Assembly: GCF_009914755.1 (NCBI RefSeq)
Contig: NC_060944.1
Direction: 5' to 3' (one strand)
From: the human T2T-CHM13v2.0 reference genome, Homo sapiens
Length of the DNA: 64,000 bases
Shown: positions 43,200-61,000 of the stretch, in pieces
Layout: each line of letters starts with the position of its first letter
Position numbering within the stretch: the first letter of the stretch is position 1
Made by a program: the position numbers and the translations under genes
Notes under the pieces: generated by a model
What the model saw: only the letters and a program-made list of their open reading frames with translations
What the model was told of the DNA's origin: nothing
Database searches by the model: none

Positions 43200-44656
43200 T
43201 AAATTAAAATTATTTTGTAGACATTTTCCTGTGCTGTGAAATGTTCTCTAAACATCATGTTTTCTGATGGCTACATGCTGTTTTGTTAGATCTATATGTC
43301 AAAACATCACTTCAGTAAAGTTTTTAGGGAAAAAAGATATGCCAAAATATACACAATCAGTATCCTATTATGAAACATGGAGGTTTCCAATTTTCCACTT
43401 TCATAAATAAAGCTGTGATAACCATCTTTTTGTGTACATTTTGGAGTCACATCTCTGACTGTTTTCTTAAAGTAAATTTGTCAAAGTTAGAAATGCTAGG
43501 TCAAAAGGCACAGTCATGTTTCCAGGCGTTGGATATATCTGGTCAAATTAAATTTCAGAAAGGAAGTAAGTGAGTGTACAAGAGCCTCCACCTGCCCTGC
43601 CATAGACCTCTATTGTTTCGTCTGCCCAGCGTCTCTTCCTTTGGTGGAACCATTGCCTCCTGACTGCTGTCATTCTGGTTGGTTGCCAATCAGCAGGTAC
43701 TTCTCCTATCAAAGCTGAGGGCACTGGATCCAGGTTACACCCACTGCACTCTTCTCCACCCCTAACTTGCCCACGCCTTCATTAGAGTCTTGAACAGATA
43801 AGCCAGTTCTCTAAACAGAACAGTCCAAAGCTCAGATGCTGTTGCTCACAGCCAAAGATCCTTAGTGGATATTCTTACTACATACAGGATATTAAAAAAA
43901 TAAGTAAATAAAATCTTTGCTAACGGAAAACAATATTTCATTTTAATTTGTCTTCCTCTTCCTCTTAATACCCATGATGGTGAGCATTTCTTCATATTCG
44001 CATACTGACTGTATCCTTTCTCTGTGAATTGCCTGTTTTTGTATTTTGCTCATTTTTATTGGGGGTCCTTTTATTTTTGAGTTTTAAGAGCTGTTTATAT
44101 ATTAAGAATCTATTAACCTGTCATACACAAGGGGCAGTAGTGAACAGATGTATATTGGAGTTAGGCAGACCTAGTTTTGAATCTTGGTGCCATAGGCTCT
44201 ATCTGTTTGACATTAATTTTGTAAAACCCCTGTTTATTTTTGTATACCAGTAGAGATAGAGATAATCATATACGTGTTATAGGATGGTTCTGAGAACTGA
44301 ATGAGATAAACTTGATAAATGCTTTGATGCTATATTGCAAATATTTCTTTCCTCATTTTTGCTTAGTACCAAAGGATTAAATTTTGGGGTAATCAATTCA
44401 ATCTTTTCATTCATATTTTCTCCTTTTATTTTTATGCTAAAAAGGCTTTTTGACTCTGATGTTAGATAAATATTCACTATATTTACTTGTTATTATTTTG
44501 TGATTTTTGAAAGACATGATAATTCTTTAATCTAGCTGAAGTTTATCTTGGTATAGAGCGTGAAATAGGAAATATCTTTTTTTTGTAAGTAATTAAGCAA
44601 TTGTCCTATGATCATTTAGTGAATAATTTAAACTTTTGCCATTGATTAAGAATTAA

Positions 44657-45018
<362 letters not shown>

Positions 45019-45054
45019 GTTCTTTTCTTTTGACTGTTTATTCTTATGCCAGCA

Positions 45055-47965
<2,911 letters not shown>

Positions 47966-49282
47966 TATTGTGGCTGTAATTGTTGTAGCTCCATAATATG
48001 TTTTAGTGACTGGTGGTATCCATTACCCTTCATTAGTCTACATTTTCAATTTTCCAGGTTACAAGTATTTTATTGTTCCATGTGAACCTAATGATCATTT
48101 TGTTAAGTTGCAAAAACAAACCCTTGTTTTTATCATAAAATGTTTTCAAAAATGCACAAAAGAACAGCAAATACTTTTATGGAGCCTACATACCCATCAT
48201 CCAGATTCAACAATGAACCATTTTACAAGAATTCCTTCATGCATATCCCCACCCCTTTTTTGGCTGAAGTATTTTAAAGTAAATCCAACCGATCTTATAC
48301 TTTACCTTTAAATACTTCAGTGTGCATCTCTAAAAACTAAGGACACTTTCTCACATAATGACAATCCTACTGTTACACCTAAGAAAATTAACTGCAGTTT
48401 CTTAACATCATCTAATATTCTATTTGCATCTTGTTTTTCTTATTGTCTCAAAAGTGACTCTATGGTTGTTGGTGCACATATTGCATTGGCTGTAATGTAT
48501 CTGAAGTTTCTTTTAATCTAGAACAATCTCTCCAACTCTTTTTTATTCTCCTTTCCTCCCTCCTTCTTCTTCTTCATGCTATTGACTTGTTGAACAAAAC
48601 AGACAAATTGTTCTTTAGAATGTCCCATGTTGCTTCCCTGTGATGTCTTTCATCTTCTTTGTCCTTCACATTTCCCATAGATGAATGCTAGCTGTAGAGG
48701 CTTGGTGAGGTTCATGCTCAACTGTCTTGGCAGGAGCCCTTCTTGAATGATGCTGTGTGTTTTGTGTTGCATCACCTCAGGAGGAACGGAGGTCCGCTTT
48801 ACCCATTTTTAGCATTGTGGAGACAGATTAATGTGTTTTCGGTGTGTACCTGAATCCTCAAGTTGTAAACTTGTGTTTTCCCTCTTACAAACTGTAAATA
48901 TACCACAGGGTGATGAAATGGCACCCTGTAAATATTCAGAAGCCATGGATAATCATTGCCAGAATCAATTATTTCATTAGGGTTTGCAAAACCCAGTGGG
49001 TTTTAATTTTAATTATATTTCAGGTATAAATTATGCTGACCAAGGTGAACACTTTGAGGAGGCTTCCTGCTTGGGGAAGAGCATATCTTTTAAAAAACAT
49101 TTATTTATTTATTCTGTAGAAAAGTTTAGTCTATTTATCCAGATCTTTTAAAATGTCATTTAATAAAGTTTTAGGGTTTCCTTTCAGAAAATTTCTGTAC
49201 ATCTCTAGATTTATTTGTAGGTATTTTATATTTTATTCACTTTGATAATGTTGAATAGGATTTTTTTTTTTTACTATTAGGT

Positions 49283-49530
49283 TGTCTTAGCAGGTTTGGG
49301 CTGCTATAACAAATTACCATAGACTGGGTGGATTATAAACAGCAAATATTTATTTCTTACAGTTCTAGAGGCTGGGAAGTCCAAGATCAAGGCACCAGCA
49401 GATTCAGCATCTGGTGAGGACCAGTTTCTCTTCTCTGACAGTGCCTTCTAGCTGTGATCACACATTGCAGAAGGGCAAGGCAGCTCTTTGGGGTCTCTTA
49501 TAAGGGCACTGGTTTCATTCATGAGGGGTC
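49283..49530 (-). mobile_element. MaLR LTR (MLT1A-like) in WFDC12 3'UTR
   Basis: gctgctataacaaattaccatagactgggtgg...tttatttcttacagttctagaggctgggaagtccaagatcaagg. Confidence 0.85.
49349..49354 (-). terminator. WFDC12: WFDC12 polyadenylation signal
   Basis: First AATAAA on minus after the stop codon. Confidence 0.7.
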
Positions 49531-49749
49531 CATTCATGAGCATTAGGGAGGAGCACCAGGTAGAGAGGGAAAGTACCGTCCCTGGGGTCTGGACTTTTTG
49601 TGACTCTTCCCTCTTTTTGGGGAAAAGGACTTCAAGCTCAGGTTTTCTTTGGTGGGGTTGGGTATTGCTTCTTCCATATTCCAAGTCTCAGGACCCTCAG
49701 GGGCAGGTGCCAAGTGAGAGTGACCCCCAGAGGTAGAAAGGACCCAGCA

Positions 49750-49847
49750 TCATTTCTGAGGACACCTGGTAGAGGAGGAGCCTGGACACTTGGCCTCCCA
49801 TCCTGGCTCAGGGTATGGCCTTGACACATCTTCATCCTTGTTTCCTC
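49750..49847 (-). CDS. WFDC12: WFDC12 exon 3, C-terminal tail
   Basis: gtccaaag|GA GGA AAC; GGNKDEDVSRPYPEPGWEAKCPGSSSTRCPQK-TGA; 79+159+98=336 nt = 111 aa + stop. Confidence 0.88.
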
Positions 49848-50010
49848 CTTTGGACAATGGAGATGTTCAGACTAGGTGGTCTCTGAGGGCCCTGCCAGCT
49901 TTAGCCATCCCTCCCCACACCAGCTAAAGGGACTAATTCCTCCGAACTTTCATGGGTCAGATAGAGGCAGGGAAGGGACAGCCCCAGCCCTGGGAGGCAG
50001 GTCTCCTTAC

Positions 50011-50169
50011 CTTCTTCCAGTTCCTTCACAGGAATCACACACTTGAAGCCACAGTGCAGGTAACAACACTTCCTTTCCCCCAGACAGTCCTGGTCTGTGT
50101 GACACTGGGGAGGATCGGACTTGAAGCAGCGTACGTTGTCAGCTGGGCAAACCCCTGCTTTCTCTATAC
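50011..50169 (-). CDS. WFDC12: WFDC12 exon 2, WAP domain
   Basis: ccactag|GT; KAGVCPADNVRCFKSDPPQCHTDQDCLGERKCCYLHCGFKC; donor G|gtaag. Confidence 0.94.
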
Positions 50170-50272
50170 CTAGTGGAGGAAGCCACAAGGTGATATGAGA
50201 ACTCCAGCCCCAGAGGGCCCCTCAGGACCTCTCCCCAGCCCAGCCCCACCCAGCTCCACCATGTCTGCTCAC

Positions 50273-50351
50273 CCTCTTTAACTCCTTCCACAGCCACCAG
50301 GGTCACAAGAACGAGAGACACCATGAGGACCAAGAAGCTGCTGGACCCCAT
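50273..50351 (-). CDS. WFDC12: WFDC12 exon 1, signal peptide
   Basis: AACATGG Kozak; MGSSSFLVLMVSLVLVTLVAVEGVKE; donor G|gtgag. Confidence 0.93.
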
Positions 50352-50394
50352 GTTGCCAGGCAGGTGCTTGGCTGGGAGCTGGGCTGAGCCTGGC

Positions 50395-50400
50395 TTTATA
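50395..50400 (-). promoter_or_regulatory. WFDC12: WFDC12 TATA box
   Basis: TATAAA ~45 nt upstream of the ATG. Confidence 0.8.
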
Positions 50401-51120
50401 GTGTTCCTGCTGGGCATGCCAGTGGGTGGAGCTGAAGGCTCAAAATGGCAAGGGAGGCTGCACTTCCCAGCTCTATTTGGAAATGGCCCCTTCTGAGGAG
50501 GGACTTGGGGCTTTCCCTAAGGCTCTGCACTGGAATAGATGAAGAAATCCAAGAGCGACCCTCGTTCTTCACACGAGGAGAAGAAATGGACACGTGATTG
50601 ACCATTAGGCGCCACCAGGGCCAAACTATCTTATGGAAGGAGGAAAAGAAGCACAGAAAGGGCATGAAATTACTCAAGTTCACACACGAGGCAGTGGCAG
50701 GGCCAGACTTCCTCAACTCCACCGTGTTCTCTATCAGTCCCTCTTCATGCCTGATTCACCTGGGACCAAAATCTTCCCTCCTTCCTGTGCTGCCCCGGAC
50801 TTGTTCTCAGTTCTCACCTCACCCCAAGGAAGAATCTGAATGGCAGTGCTTAAAATGTCTGTCCTGAACATTCACTCTCAGCCTTGCGCTCCAGCACCGT
50901 GTGCTCCTGCCCCCCGCCAATCTCATGTGGCCTGGAGGAAAGCAGATTTTGGACCTGTCACCAGCTGTGTGACTTTGAAAGCAGCTTCACCTTTCTAAGC
51001 CTCCGTTTCCTCATTCATACAATGAGCATAATAATTATACTGTATCATCTTCATAGGATTTGTTTTCCCTCCTCTGCCCCTGCATCCCCCAAATTCCTGG
51101 ATTTGGAAGAAGACATGGAC

Positions 51121-51121
51121 G

Positions 51122-51163
<42 letters not shown>
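51121..51163. repeat. (GT)n microsatellite
   Basis: ~21 GT units, one interruption. Confidence 0.95.
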
Positions 51164-51164
<1 letters not shown>

Positions 51165-52399
51165 CCAGGCTTTTGGGGTCCTTTCTTTGAATGAGTACTA
51201 AAGGGAGGAAAATCCTTCCTGTTGGAAAAGTTGCAGATATAAGCCCAGAAACTCCAGAAATTTGGTCCTGGCCCTGGTGAGAGAGAAATTCTGAGAAGAT
51301 AAATCTAAGATGCTGATAAAAAGAGATGAGAGATGGACAGGGAGTAATTTAGAGGATATCTAGTCCTTCACTAAACTTTTTCCTGAGATCAGCCCCACTC
51401 ATACCCAGGGTTATGTTACCACCCAATACATTCACCTTTCTGCCTAAGCTGGTCTGAATTGGATTTCTGTCATTTACTAACAGGACCCCTGAGTAATGCA
51501 AAGATTTGGGTTTGGGGTGTTCCACATCCTGAAGTGTGGAAGGGACTGAGTTGGGGTTAAGTGGAGGCAGGGAGGATACCTCCATTCCTGGAAGTGAGCC
51601 TACTCCTTATTAGGTGGTGAATCTTTGGTTACAATCTCACCAGTCATATCACTGGACTCAGATCATTTGGATACCAGGGATGGAATCTGGGAAGTTCATA
51701 AACAAATACTAGAATGTTGGAATGTATTGGCTATTTCCTCCTCCACCTTTTTATTATGAACTTTTTAAACATACAGAAAAATTGAAATAACAGAACAATG
51801 ATACTTGTATACCTACAACTGGATTTAACAATTATTAATAGTTTGGGATATTTTAGAATACCTATAGCTACATTTGTTGAAATATTTGAAATGAAATTGA
51901 ATACATTATGTTCCTATTTCCTAAATACATCAGCATGCAAATTCTAAGAATAAGGATATTCTTCAATATAATCACAAAGCCATTATCATATCTAAGATAA
52001 TTAATAGTTTCTGCATGTCATCTCATAGCCAGTTCATATTTGTTTCTCCGGTTCTCCCCAAAATGTCATTTGTAATTGACTGTTGATGATACTTCTTTAA
52101 AAAAAGTATTGTAAAATAAATCCTACATATGAAAGAATGTAATCAACATTCTATACCTTTTGAAAAAGAATAATAAACACCTATGAACCTATCAATTTAG
52201 AATAGGACATTACCATCCCTACTTCAGAGGTAACCACTATCTTGAACTTTCTGTTAATCATCCTCATGTTTTCCTTTAAAGTTTTGCTCTCTTGCTATGG
52301 CTTGCTTAGTGATACGTGTTGTTTAATTTCGTGTAAGCGTAATTATGGCCTAAGTATTCTTTTGTATTTTGCATGCTTTGCTCAACACCGTGTTTTTTT

Positions 52400-53280
52400 A
52401 AAAAATTGTGGTAAGAAATATATACTATAAGACATGACCTCTTAACATATTTTTAAGTGCATACTAACAGTATTGTTAATTGTGGGCACAGTGTCATACA
52501 GTAGGTCTCTAGAACTTTTTCATCTTGCATGACTGAAACCCACTGAATAGCAACTCCCTATTCCCCCCACCCCCAGACCCTTGGAACCACCATTCTGTTT
52601 TCTGCTTCTATAAGTGACTACTTTAGACACTTCATAAAAGTGGAATTATGCCATATTTGTCCTTTTGTGACTGGCTTATTTTGCTTAGCATAATGTCCTT
52701 GAGGTTCACCCATGTTGTAGCATGAGATAGACTTTTCTTCTTTTTTATGGCTGAATAATATTCCATGGTATGCATATATATGTACATGTATATAATCTTT
52801 TTCCTTCCCTCATTTATCTGTCAATGGGTCAATGCACATTTAGGTTTCCATTTCTTGGCTATTGTGAATATTGCAGCAATGAACTTGCAGGTGCAAATAT
52901 CTCTTTGGGATCCTGATTTAAATTCTTTTGGATAAATACCCAGAAGGGGGATTGCTGGATCATGTGATAGCTCTATTTTTAATTTTTTGAAGAACTTCCA
53001 TACTGTTTTCCGTAGTGGCTATACTCCTTTAAATTCTCACTGACAGTGCACAAGGGTTCCAAATTCTCCACATTCTCACCGGTACTTGTTTTCTTTTTCT
53101 TTTCTTTTTAAAATAAAAGCCATCCTAACAGGTATGAGGTGATCTTATGGTTTGATTTTCATTTTCCTGATGATTAGACATGTTGAGTATCTTTTCACAT
53201 ACCTGTTGGCCATTTGTATATCTTCTTTGGAGAAATGTCTGTTTAAGTCTTATTCACTTTTAATTGGGTCTTTATATTTA
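52400..53280 (-). mobile_element. L1MA/MB 3' fragment
   Basis: Antisense L1 3'UTR and ORF2-end consensus. Confidence 0.85.
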
Positions 53281-53865
53281 TATGTGTGTGTATATATATA
53301 TATATATGCATATGTACACACACATATATATAATGAAAAAGAAAAGAAATAAGTATTAGAATGGGAGACGAGAAAAGCCATTGTTTGCAAATGATGCAAT
53401 AATAAAAACACAAAAGAAACTACAGATACATCATGAGTTAGACAATTTTTCAAGATTAGCTGACACAAAAATCAATATATAAAAGTCAGCTGCTTTCTAT
53501 ACACTAGAAATATTGGTTAGAAAAATGTAATACGTTAAAAGCAATAACATGTAAAATATTTAGTAATAAAGGCAACCTGTGAGATGGGAAAAATATTTGC
53601 AAACTACCTACCAGATAAGGGGTTAATTTTCAAAATATATAAAGAACTGCAACTCAATAGCAAAAATATGTTTACATATATATATACATATATACATAGC
53701 AAAAATATGTTTATATATGTATATATATAAATACATTTAGGCTTACATTTAGGTTTCCTAGAAACCTAGACTGTCTAGGAAGCAAGCCCCATAAGGAACT
53801 TCTCATATTCATATTATAAGAAGGTAAAATTGCAGGGGACAATGTTCCTGTTTTGTAGTAGTAAA

Positions 53866-54080
53866 CTACCTTCTCAAAAGGTGGTTATTTTGTCCCCAGG
53901 GGACTTTGGCAATGTCTGGAGACATATTTGATTGTCACAACTGGGACAGATGTGCTTCTCACATCCAGTGTCTAGAGGCTGAGGTTGCTGCTAAATATCT
54001 AACAATGCACAAGACAGCTTTTCACAACAAACAATGATCTGTCTCCAAGTGCCAATAGTATTGATGTTGAGAAACGCTGC
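53866..54080 (+). mobile_element. MER20
   Basis: ccccaggggactttggcaatgtctggagacat...gattgtcacaactggg...gttgagaaacgctg. Confidence 0.8.
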
Positions 54081-55069
54081 TGTCCTGCCTCACTGACTAA
54101 TAGCTGTGCATGGCCTCAGAACACCTCAATGTAGGCTGAAGCGAGTAATGATGGGAGTGTCTGCTGGGAGTATCCCATGCTTAGGAGTGCTGATCCTTGG
54201 CTCACTGGTTTCACCCAGTAAAGGCATTCCTTAGCCCATGCCATGTGACCTTGTGGAATTCATCCCATGTTCTGCTGAATCAGGTTAATAAAGTTCCCTT
54301 TTAATTCTAGTTAGCTAAGAGTTTTTCTCATGAAAGGATGTTGAATTTTTATCAAATGCCTTTTCTTCATCAATTGAAATAAATATATGGATTGTCTCTT
54401 CAATCTGTTATTTTGTGAATTACATTAACCAGATTTCACATTCATTGTCTTTTTTGGGCATCATTTATTTATGTGCTTCAAGAAAGTGGAAAGCCTTGAA
54501 CCAAAATGGCGGAGTCTAAGACAGGGAATGAAAGGGAAGATATATTTCTCATAAACGTGGAATATATATTCCTGAAAATCATTAGGTTACAGAGTTTTGC
54601 TCACTACAAATAATAGGGCTTCTGGAAAAAATAGAGTTGAAGTAGAACATTCAATATTTGTGCAGTCTCATAAGTAATACATCAAACAAACAGAACCCAC
54701 ACCCAATAAAAACATGACCACAGTGTTAAACATCTTCAGTTCCTAATAAAGAAATTATGTAGTAAATGTAGCACTTTACTTTGACAAAAGATGGGGAGTT
54801 TGCTTGGTAAGTGGGTATGGTGAAATACTGTGGCTTTTGAGGTATGTACAAAAGGTGGAATGAAGGACATCATCATTCTTGGGACTAAATGTTGTTATAC
54901 TGGAGGGTCATTGTCGTCAATCTTTTACTTCTGTACTGGCTTAAAACAGCAATCCGCTTCGTTGATTTGCCAGTTCCTCCCTTTTGTAAGGAAGCTGTAT
55001 AACTCTAAATGAAACTGGATAACTGCAAAGTTCTATGCTGATGCTCTTGACATTAAAATCTTGATCTTT

Positions 55070-55882
<813 letters not shown>

Positions 55883-56859
55883 TTCAGGCATTTCTTTTAA
55901 AATCATGTTTCAGATTCTTGTTTCCAGGACATTGAACACAGTATTAAATACTTCTATCAAGAAGAGGATAGAACTCAGGATAACAGCACATCACGCACTT
56001 GGTAGGGCAATGACTATAGGTAAACTGAGATAAGAGGGAGGAGATGAAGTGTTTGTTATTTTGTGTGTCACTCAAGAGATACCATGTTCAATATTTTTGC
56101 ATTCGATTTGTTTTATATGACAGGACAAGGCATAGTCACCTTATGAAAAACTGTATTAACCCAATTTTACATGTTAGTGATTTAATTCCTTATTTATCTA
56201 CCATGTATGAACATATTCTGCTTGTTAAAGCACTTGCTTCAGCAGGAGAGACTCGTGGGTGTGTGTGTGTGTGTGTGTGTCTGTGTGTGTGTATATCTTT
56301 ATATTAATGAGAGGTGACATCACAGTAATCTTTGCCTTGACAGTGTGCCTGACTGAATAGTATAAGCTGAATTAATGCCCTTGTTAGAAATTGTGGGATC
56401 CCAAAATATTTAATGCCTAAAAATCAGGAAATGATCATCTGAACCCCTTCTCCACCTTCCACTGAGCCAGACAAAGGTGCAAATGCTTCCTTAAAGGAAG
56501 ATCAACCAGGAAGAAGTTATGCCTATTCTTTAGCTACTTTTTCCCTAGTTTTAAAGATATGAAATTCTATTTAAAGTATTATCACAATAATATATGTACA
56601 CAGTATAAAATGTAAAGTGTAAAACCAGGTTTACAATGGGAATCTCCTACATTGCTCCTATTTACCTTGATTCCTGATACCCAGAGGTCCTGATACCAGA
56701 GGTAAACACTTTTAGCTCTTCTAGCTGTTTCTAATATTTATCTCCATGTTTCTAAATAACATTCTGATGTATTATTAATGTTCTTACATTTGTATTCTAA
56801 ATTGTGTATTATATAATTTTCTTAAATTTCTGAAAAATTTAAATTTGGATTTAAAAAAA

Positions 56860-57345
56860 TTATTTTCTTGTGGTAAGAACACTTAGCATGAGATCTACCC
56901 TCGTAACACCTTTTTAAGTGTGTAGTACCATATTAACTCTAGGCACTATGTTGTACAGCAGATCTCTAGAACTTTTTCATCTTGCATAACTGAAACTTTA
57001 CCCACTGAACAACAATCCCCCATTTCCCCCTTCCTGAAACCCTTGGAAACCACCATCATACTTTTTGCTTAAATAAGTTTGACTACTTTAGACAACTCAC
57101 GTAAGATTATAAAAGTGGAACTGTGAAATAGTTGTCCTTCTGTGACTGGCTTATTTTGCTTAGCATAGTGTCTTCAAGGTTCATCCACGTTGTAGCATAA
57201 TGAAAAGATTTCCCTCTTTTTTGGCTATTCAAATTCCATGATATGTAAATACCACATTTTCTTTACCGCATTCACCTGTCAATAAACTTTTAGTTTGTTT
57301 CCACCTCCTGGCCATTGTGAATAATACTGCAGTAAACATGGGAGT
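56860..57345 (-). mobile_element. L1MA 3' fragment
   Basis: tgtggtaagaacacttagcatgagatctaccctc...ttgtacagcagatctctagaact. Confidence 0.85.
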
Positions 57346-58024
57346 GATCAAGGATGTTGGTAAACATCCCAGAACGTACCAGACAGCCTCCCACAACAAA
57401 AAAATTGTCCATCCCCAATGTCAATAGTGCCAAGGTTGGGACTCTCTGTCCTAATCCAAGCTATTGCAGTATTTCTTATCTGGGTCACAGAAATAACTTG
57501 ATAACTCGTCTTCCCACTGACAAACCACACATTCTCCAGAATGATCACATAAAACACATATTAGTTCTTGAGTGTTTGCTGTTTGACTTTATCATATTCT
57601 ATTCCATCTCAAGGCTTCTGTAAATACAGGTCCCTTTGCTGGAACATGTCTTCTTCTTCACCTCTTGCTCTTTGACCACAACTTGGCTAAGTTTTTCATA
57701 TTCTTCAAGTCTCAGCTTCCATGATGCTACATCAAAGAAGTCTTTTTCACCCTCCCTTTTAATTTTTCTCAGAGCAGATAGTTTTATGCATAGTTTATTT
57801 ATATTTGTACTCAAATTTGCCACAGTTTGTAATGACGTATGTATCTGTGATTTTCTTTAGTCGAGAGAAAATTGTCAAAATTATTTTCCATCACTCCTGA
57901 TACCTTAATGTGTATTTCCCTCAAAGATATCCTCTGTTGTGACCACAATACAACCATGAACATCAGGAAATTAACACTGATACATTCTTGTCCTCTAATA
58001 GCCCCAACTCAAGTTTTACCATCA

Positions 58025-61000
58025 TAATGAGAATACTTAAAATCTACTATCTTAGCAGTTTTCAAAAGTACACAATATTGTTATTAACCATATTCATCAT
58101 GCTGTACAATTGATATCTTGAATTTATTCTTCCTATCTAACTGAAATTTTGTATTCTTTGACCAACATCTCCCCACACTCCCCTTCCCCCCAGCCCCTGC
58201 TAATCACAATCTATTCTCTTCTTTTATGAGTTCAACTTTTTAGATTCCACATATAAGTGAGATCATGCAGAATGTGTCTTTCTGTGCCTAGCTTATTTCA
58301 TTTAACATAATGCCATCCAGGTTCATCCATTTGTAACATATGACAAAGTTTTGTTCTTTTTTTAAGGCTAAAGAGTATTTCATTGTGTATATATACATTC
58401 TCTTGATCTATTCATCCATTTTTGCATGCTTATGTTGATTCCATATTTTAGCTATTGTGAAAAATACTGCAATGAACATGGAAGTGCAGATATCTCTTCA
58501 AAATACTGATTTTAATTCCTTTGGATATGTAACTAGTAGTGGGATTGCTGGATTATATTTTAGTTCTATTTTTAATTATTTGAAGAACTTCCATAGTATT
58601 TTCCATAATGACTGTAAAAATTTACATTCCCACCAGTAGTGTGCAAAGGCTCCCCTTTTCTCCACATCCTTGCCAGCATTTATCTTTTGTCTTTTATATA
58701 GTAGCCATTCTAACAGGTATCAAACAATATCATTGTGGTTTGTTTGCATTTTCTGATGATCAGTGATGTTGATCGTTTTCAAATATACTTATGGGTTATT
58801 TGTATGTATTCTATTGAAAATATCTATTCAGATTCTTTATTCACTCCTTAATTGGGTTATATTTTTTCTATTGAGTTGTCTGAGTTTCTTATATATTTTA
58901 GATATTAATCCCCTATCAGATGCATGGTTTGCAAATAATTTCTCCCACTTCATAAGTTGTCTCTTCAATCTGTTGTTTCCTTTTTTGTGCAGAAGCTTGT
59001 TAGTTTGATGTAATTTCATTTGTCTATTTTTGCTCTTATTGCCTATATTTTTGGGGCCATATCCAAAATATAATTGCCCAGACCAATGCTGTGGACCTTT
59101 CCCACTATATTTTTTTCTAGTAGCTTTACAGTTTCAAGTCTTTAAGTCTTTAACCCACTTTGTTGATTTTTACATGTGGTGTGTGATAAGGGTCCAATTT
59201 TAGTCTTCTGCATATGGATATCCAGCTTTGCCAACATTATTACTGAAGAGACTGTCTCTTCCCCATTGTGTATTTTTGGCATCTTTGTCAAAACTCAGTT
59301 GACTGTAAATGCATGGATTTATTTCTGGGATGTCTATTTTGTTCTATTGGCCTATGTGTCTATTTTTATGCCAGTACCATCTTATTTTGATTACTATGGC
59401 TTTGTAGTGTATTTTGAAATCAGGTAGTGTGATGCCTCCTGACAAAAAAAATTGTCACTTTTGCTCAAGATTGCTTTGTTAAAGCAGTCTTTAACGAAAG
59501 GTCTTTTGTGGTTCCCTGTAAATTTTAGGGCCTTTTATTTCTAGTTCTATGAAAATATCCTTGGAATTTTGATAGGCATTTCATTGAATCTGTAGATTGC
59601 TTTGAGTAGTATGGACATTTTAACAATATAAATTCTTTAATCCATAAACATAAAATAATATTTGTATTTACTGTGTCTTCTTCAAACCGATAACTTAACT
59701 TTGATCATATGAAAACTCTACACTTTGATTCCACCCTGTCCCAGCTTTTTAAAAGATGGGGTCTTGCTACATTGCCCAGGCTTGTCTCAAAGTCCTGGGC
59801 TCAAGTGATTTTCCTGCTTCAGTCTCCTGAGTAGCTGGGATTATAGGCATGAGCTACTGTCCCTGGCTCCCACATTAAAAATTTTTAATGTTACAACTTA
59901 CATCTTTTTATATTGTGTGCTCTTTGACAAGTTATTGTAGCTTTTATTATTTTTAATAGTTTTGTGTTTTACCCTTAATACTAAAAATATTTGATTTACA
60001 CGCCACCATTATAGTATTAGAGTATTCTGAATTTGACTATGTACTTACTTTTATTAGTGAGTTTTATACTTTCGTATGTTTTCATCTTACTTATTAAAAT
60101 CTTTTTCTTTCTGCTTGATGAACTTCCTTTAGCATTTTTTGTAATACTAGTCTCTTGACAATAAAGTCCTCCAGCTTTTGTTTGTCTGGACAATTTTAGT
60201 TTCTCTTTCATTCCTGAAGGACAGTTACTTTTTTTCCTTCAGCACTGTGAATATATCATTCCACTTTCCTGGTCTTTAAAGTTTCTGCTGCAAAGTTCAC
60301 TGTTAGCCTTATTGGAATTCCCTTATGTGAAGTGCTTTTGCTTGCTGCTTTTAGGATCCTCTCTCTGCTTTTGATTTTTGACAGACTGATTGTAATCTAT
60401 CTTGTTGTAGTGTTGTTTGGTTTAAATTTTATTGAAAGCTTTTGACCTTCCTATACCTATATATTTATGTCCTTTCCCAGATTTGGAAAGTTTTCTGCTA
60501 TTATTTATTTAAATAAGCTTTCTACCCCTTTTTGTCTCTTCTTCTTAAAATCCCATAACTCGAATATTTGCTCTTTTGATGCTGTCCTAGATATTTCATA
60601 ATCTTTCTTCACTACTCTTCATTTTTTTTCTTTTTTCTCATTTGAGTGTATATTCTAAAATAACTTTTCTTTGAGTTTACAGGTTTTTTCTTCTGCTTGA
60701 TCAATTCTGCTGCTGATGCTCTTTATTGAATTTTTAATTTCATTCATTGCATTTTTCAGCTGCAGAATGTCTGTTTGATCTTTTAAAAAATGGCTTTACT
60801 CTCTCTATTAAATTTCTTATTTACTTTTTCTGATTTCATGAATTATTTCTCTGTATTAGTATTATTTTTTGAAGTTCATCAAGCTTCCTAAGAATAATTA
60901 GTTTGAATCCCTTGTCAGACAGTATTATATTTCTCCACTTCTTTGAGGTCAGTTATTAGGAGATTATTGTGTTCTTTTGGTGGCATTATATCTCTTTAAT

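Noticed and set aside
54955-54990. Minus-strand peptide QKGGTGKST resembling a ParA-type Walker A motif
   Set aside because: Short frame flanked by stops with no other NTPase motifs; likely chance
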